The position numbers and the translations under genes were made by a program. A stretch of DNA of 52,256 bases, filler included, from Trypethelium eluteriae (lineage: Eukaryota), in NCBI GenBank assembly GCA_051942245.1. It is 2 parts of 2 records of this genome, joined end to end, with 100 filler letters (N's around TTAATTAATTAA, not from the genome) between each part and the next. Parts side by side here need not be neighbours in the genome. Positions count along the whole stretch, not along the records: positions 26,241 to 52,256 come from JAVECL010000361.1; 1 more part is not named here. One strand, 5' to 3'. Below, piece by piece: positions 47,173 through 52,256 of this stretch; position 1 is the first letter of the stretch; each line of letters begins with the position of its first letter. The notes below the pieces were generated by a model. The model saw only the letters and a program-made list of their open reading frames with translations. It ran no database searches and was not told where the DNA came from.

Positions 47173-48239
47173 GTGGAAAATAAAGTAATCTTCAATGAGA
47201 GGTCTCGCAACCGGCGAGCATGTTGTGAAAGGGTCAACACTCAAGACTGATATATTGGCAAGGACGAGATAATAGGGAATCGGCAGCCCAGAACCTCCTC
47301 AGAGCTAGTGATAAGAGCCATTCCTGATTTCCAAAAGCTGGTATAAGGCTGCATGATCCATTTGATTCTTGATTTCACCTACCAGTGGTGTGGTTCAAAA
47401 ATTCTTGACCGGCGTCTCTCAAGCGAAGATTGGCGTCCAGGATATCTCAGCTCCCCTTGAAAAGGTCCAAATGGAGGGACGGTAATTCGCTCATTGCCTT
47501 AAGGCGAATTTTTGATTCCTGGAGAATCTACTCAGGATTGACGCTAAAGTACTCGGGAGTGTACGGAGGAGTCCCAGTGTATTTTGCTAGAGATCTTTTG
47601 ACTTTAGCAGGAGCATTATCTCCACATCCATAGATATTAGGGAGCTGCAATCGTGATTGGAAGGGAAGGATCGGCTCTTTTCACCGCACCCTGTACAGCT
47701 GCGCCACCAACATTTGTCTCCTCTTGACCCTTGCAGATAGGTAATGGAACATGCGTTTAATCTATTTGCGGCAGGGACTCGACTGCTCTTAGTCTTTGGC
47801 GTATCTCCTCTGAATCAGTAAGAAAACCTTATTCCCTGGGACCTGCTGAAGCGCATCTTATGCCCTTCACTGCAGGAGATCGATGAAATCTAAAACGTGC
47901 GCAAGAACTTTCCGACGATATTGCGAGAAAGGGACTGTTGGAGGACCATTTGCAAAGTGATATACAGCGCTCGTGGCTGAGAGCAGATCAGGCCTACGGT
48001 TTCTGGAACGGAACTTGAATCCTGAGTCGATACTTCTACTATTGCATGACCTAGACCGCTAAACTGCGTTGTGTCTCGTCTCATCTTCCGAAGCTCTGGT
48101 ACATGCAGGGTGACACGTGCAAAGGAATCGGGATCGCAGCTCCACCGCTCTTCAATGTGCTCAAAGCTCCAAGATCTTCCGCTTTCGGACGGTTGAGCTC
48201 ACGCAAGGACCAACGAGCGGCGATGCATGGGATCACGTC

Positions 48240-48664
48240 CTAAGACTTCCTCCCGTTTCCGCCATTGTACCTCGAGTACCCGCTACCACTGTTGTAGTAA
48301 TTGGAGCCGTTTGGATTCGAGTAGTAATAGCTACCGTCGCTAAGAGCGGTAAGACAATGGTCAGTGAGTATATTGGAATAGTACGCAATTTGAACCTCCA
48401 CTGGCTCATAAACAAGACTTGCGATGACTTACGTGTTGCTGTAATGGTAGCTATTGCTCGTCCCGGAACCATAGTCGCGGCTGCAATAATGATTTCCCTG
48501 GGCGTTGTGAGTACAAGTCTCGACGATCCCGGAGGGTTGTTTTGACATACTTGGCTATTAGTGCCGCTGCCGGTGTACTGATAACCACCGCCGCTGCCCT
48601 GAGAGGTAGAGTTGGATTGAGATCCGTTGGATTGAGATCCGCTGGATTGGGATGCGTTAGCCAT
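48240..48664 (-). CDS. Small Ser/Gly/Asn/Tyr-rich protein (~92 aa), 3 exons
   Basis: Spliced product: MANASQSSGSQSNGSQSNSTSQGSGGGYQYTGSGTNSQ|GNHYCSRDYGSGTSNSYHYSNT|DGSYYYSNPNGSNYYNSGSGYSRYNGGNGRKS*. Introns 48498-48550 and 48340-48432 have canonical sites. Confidence 0.82.
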
Positions 48665-49023
48665 GACTGTCACTCAAGTCTGAGAGTCAATTGTTTCTGC
48701 AAAGCTGTTTGTATGGGTGAAAAGTACGGAGTAAGGGTTCGAGGATTGCGAGAAGTTTTATGGAGGCCACCATTGTGAGATATAGAGGCAAGAGCAAGGA
48801 CCAGCGGCCAAAGTGGGGTGTTCATGATCACGAAGTACTGTACGGGCGTCAAGTCTATCCCAGTGCATACCTAAATGGAAATTAGGTACAGGGAGGTAAC
48901 CTTGCTTGGTCACACAGCGGTGATCTATGCACTCTCACGTCTTCTATGCAGGCGCCGACTATGGCAGTCACACGTTCCCACACACTCGTTCTGAAGGGAT
49001 GAGTCAGTGAGGCCAGACTAACT

Positions 49024-50592
49024 TCATGCATTACTATTACCACTAGCTGAATAATGAACAAGTTCGTGGGAAACGTGGGATTCCAGCCCCTCTTTTGCAC
49101 CCAAACGACTGAAAGGTATCATCGCGAAAGTTCCTCCAAATACCAAAAGTATGAAAACTCCCAGTGCCAACAGCATGTAAGCCCAATTCCCTGCACTTCC
49201 ATTCCCGATGGTATAGCCGTTCAGAGTGAAAATGACCGTAGCAGCACCCAAGATGGAGAATTGGATGAACCATACAATAGCAGCAAAAAGCCGAGACGCA
49301 AATAGAAGCTGGTGGAGATTGGATGTTTGACTATCACGCTGCGAACAAGATGGCGGGTCGTAGCTCCTGAAAAATTGAAGTAAATTGATCTCATCGCGTT
49401 TGCTCGGTCTGGCGTGCTCTCTCTCTGGCTCATAGTTCTCGTCTCGATTCGTGCGCCTCTGCATAGATGTTTCGGGGCCTTGCCGATCTTCGTGGGGGAT
49501 CCAGACATGCTCTAGGACTGCCCCCAAGGGCTGTACCAGTAAGATCAGTGGAACTAGCTGACCAAAGGTCCAGGCGCTCTCTTCTTCGCCGGTTGTTTGC
49601 ATGTTTTGAGCTCTTGGGATTACGATCTCCATCGTCCCGAAGGCGAGGCCGAGCGCAGAGAGCCAAACGGAGGCCGAGAAAGAGGCTCCCACTTCGAGCA
49701 GCGCAGTCAAGGGTAGGTAAATAGATAATGCTGTACGGAACAACCAGAGCCAATTCCATTTGCGCCTCTTTGCGTATTGCTTCGCTAGAGAGCTAACCAT
49801 CTTCTCCAGAAGCCAGTCCAATGGATATCGAACATAGCGATAGAAGACTCTTCTGGACCAGTTGAAGAGCGCCCCAACTTTCCATATGTAGCTCACAATC
49901 AGGATAAGGAAACCAAGAACAGCGTCTGGATTAACTCCATCACCCCAGGTTCTGAACCAGAAGCAATGCGCTGGGATGCCCCATCCCGTATGGTCAGCAG
50001 GCATGCTGTTCCAAAACTCAATGCCCCAGTCGTTGCTCGCTGTAGGTATCAGGCCAATAACTAGAAGCACCAACAGCGTCGCCATCCCAGCGAGTCGCCA
50101 CGCTTTTAGCGCTTTGCGATTGTGTAAATAGGTTGCCAAGATCGTGAGAGCGGAAAGATGGACGCTGCTGGACATCCATGCGAGATAAAGTACGGTCTGG
50201 AAGTGATAGACAGAAATACTCTGTTGTATCAGGCCATTGAAGCCAGCTCCCATGATCGCAATTCCGGTCACGATTTGCTGATCGCTGAGCGCCAGGGTTG
50301 CTGCACGTAAAGTGGCATGAAGGCGTGACTTTCTTGGATGGAAGGGCTTGACCCGGAGAATAACAATATCGACTGGACCGAGGAGATCTTCATCAATCTG
50401 GCCACCAATGTATGCAAGGAGGACTGCCGTGAGAGTAATGTACGCACTAAGCAAGAAAGCAAGAATGACCTGGTGCTGTCAACACTCAAGAGAGCTGGGA
50501 AGACGGACAACGCAACCCACGCCTTGGCCAGAAATCTCAGTGTCTGGTTTTGAGACAGCTCCAGAGATAAGTAGGCTGGAACAATCAGGCAT
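49024..50592 (-). CDS. Uncharacterised fungal multi-pass membrane protein, 2 exons
   Basis: PDTEISGQG|VILAF, LSDQQIVTGIAI, ISVYHF..LAWMSS..HL, EESAWTFGQLVPLILL. Intron ~50470-50520. Confidence 0.8.
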
Positions 50593-51404
50593 GACCTCCG
50601 CCGTTGATTAAGAAACGTATGTAGAATAAAGAGCGAATCCCACAGACTTCAAGTAAATGGATAAGATCTAGAAAAAGAAGCATTGAAGGTACGAAGAAGC
50701 ACGTTATTCGAAAACCGGAAATGACGTTATGGCACCCAGACTTACGTTCAATCTGTAGACGGTTAAGGTAGTCACCCTAGAATGACATCGATATTGACCA
50801 TGCCTTCATCCAGCGAGATTCTGAGTAATTGCAATACATCTACTGGCGCTGGCGAACTCCTTGATCAAGCTTCGTGGCACCGCGCAACTGACGGAGATGA
50901 TAGGTTCTGAGAACTGGGTTGAAGCGAGAGCGCCCTGCGCTACTACAAAGCTGTGGTCAGCAGGCGTCATAACACTCAGATCTAGGACTTGTATGACGAA
51001 AGACGATATCACGAAGAATGTGATGAGAACCTCAGAGTCAAGAAGTTGAGAAGAAAGAGTCAAACACAGTACGGCTCTATGAGAGGAAGCTGTGGTTGCA
51101 GGGATATTGCAGATCACAATTTTCGTGAACAGCAGGGGAAAATATATGCAACCTCAAAGACACAGTTCACGCCGTCATTCAGATACAGAGGCGCATTCCC
51201 CAGCGACTACTTTTCTTTGAATTGCCAGGAGATGAGCGCGACTTTCACGGTTCGCCTTAAGTTCTATTGTGGACAATAGGGCTGCACCACGTATTCATTG
51301 ACTACTTTTCCCTTTATTGGGGAGTACTCTTCGATGAAGATAAAATTCCAAAAGCACCCTATCACACCCTGCCTGTGGCGAAATCTTGCCGTGCTATACT
51401 TGTA

Positions 51405-52256
51405 TCATAACGTGACCATATCTCCCAGTAGCAACCTTTGAAACTTGCTCACAATCTCGTCTATCCTCGTCAAAACACCAGCCGCCAGCATGCCAATTCT
51501 TTCCTCTTCCTTTCTGTTCTTGCCCGTATCTCCTTTTGGTCCCATCTCCAATCCAATTGCGCCTTTTCCATTTAATGCCTCGAAGACTCCTTCAACCCAG
51601 ACCTGCATTTCTAGAATCTCCTTTCCCATCTCCGTACATATTCTCCTGCCTCCATCAGTCACTGCATCTTCACCGGCATTGAGGTCCAAAATCATGAGTA
51701 CGGAGAACAGAAGTGCTTCGAGAACGTTCTCGTCTTTGACAGCATAGCTTCTTAGGCAAAGGAGGAGATCGAAGAACTCCGAAGTCATTGAAGGAAGGGA
51801 CGGAGACGAAGGACCAGCAGCATGCAAAATGAGAGCCAGAGTGCGAAGGTATAGCGGAAGAAGGTGGGGAGAGGATTGAATCGACTTGCCGCCACTGAAG
51901 AATGAGCATTAGCGATTGTCGTATCGAAAGGAAGAAACATTCATACTAAGCCTGCAACGTCATCTGAAATCTTCCCGCCAACGGGAAGAAAAGACTATCC
52001 GCCACGATTCTCCCCAGTTCATTACTCACAGGCTTCTTCCTCTTCTTCTCGACATCCATCCTACTCGAGAAAGTCCGCACCTTCAACGCATTCGGCCCCG
52101 ACAATTTATCCGCCGCACTCAACGCCATCGGTTCCATCATATCCCTCTCCAACCGCTTCGACTCCCTCTCCACCGGATCCTCCACCCCACCATAAAGCCG
52201 ATGAAACCTCTCCGGCAACTTCTTCGACGGAAACGCCTCCTTCATCTCCCCCACCC
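51405..52256 (-). CDS. TEL2: Telomere length regulation protein Tel2 (TTT complex), 3' part only
   Basis: EAFPSKKLPERFH..Y, LSGPNALKVRTFSSRM, FFPL; probable intron ~51896-51947. The gene runs off the window end. Confidence 0.7.

Overview
Eukaryotic DNA from a filamentous ascomycete (Pezizomycotina). Genes carry short GT-AG introns with CTRAY-type branch points. Conserved housekeeping genes: Zn-alcohol dehydrogenase, SDR, BLOC-1 subunit 1, TAPT1/EMP65, RPL3, ATP3, TOP1 and a partial TEL2. Two accessory-looking islands lie between them. Island 1 (~5-10.8 kb) holds a convergent pair of MYND-finger paralogs, both interrupted by in-frame stops, around a small secreted BYS1/thaumatin-like protein. 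Island 2 (~16.3-34 kb) holds: a DUF3328/UstYa-type gene whose two HxxHC metal motifs read HxxQC and DxxQC; a truncated relic copy of that gene; a degenerate ~125-bp direct repeat bracketing ~5.5 kb that includes a PD-(D/E)xK-like gene; a 5'-incomplete CYP52-like P450; a DUF6536-like membrane protein; and a Thr-rich secreted protein. An artificial N44-TTAATTAATTAA-N44 linker at 26141-26240 joins two contigs, so adjacency across it is unproven. Family names come from motif recognition only; no database search was run.
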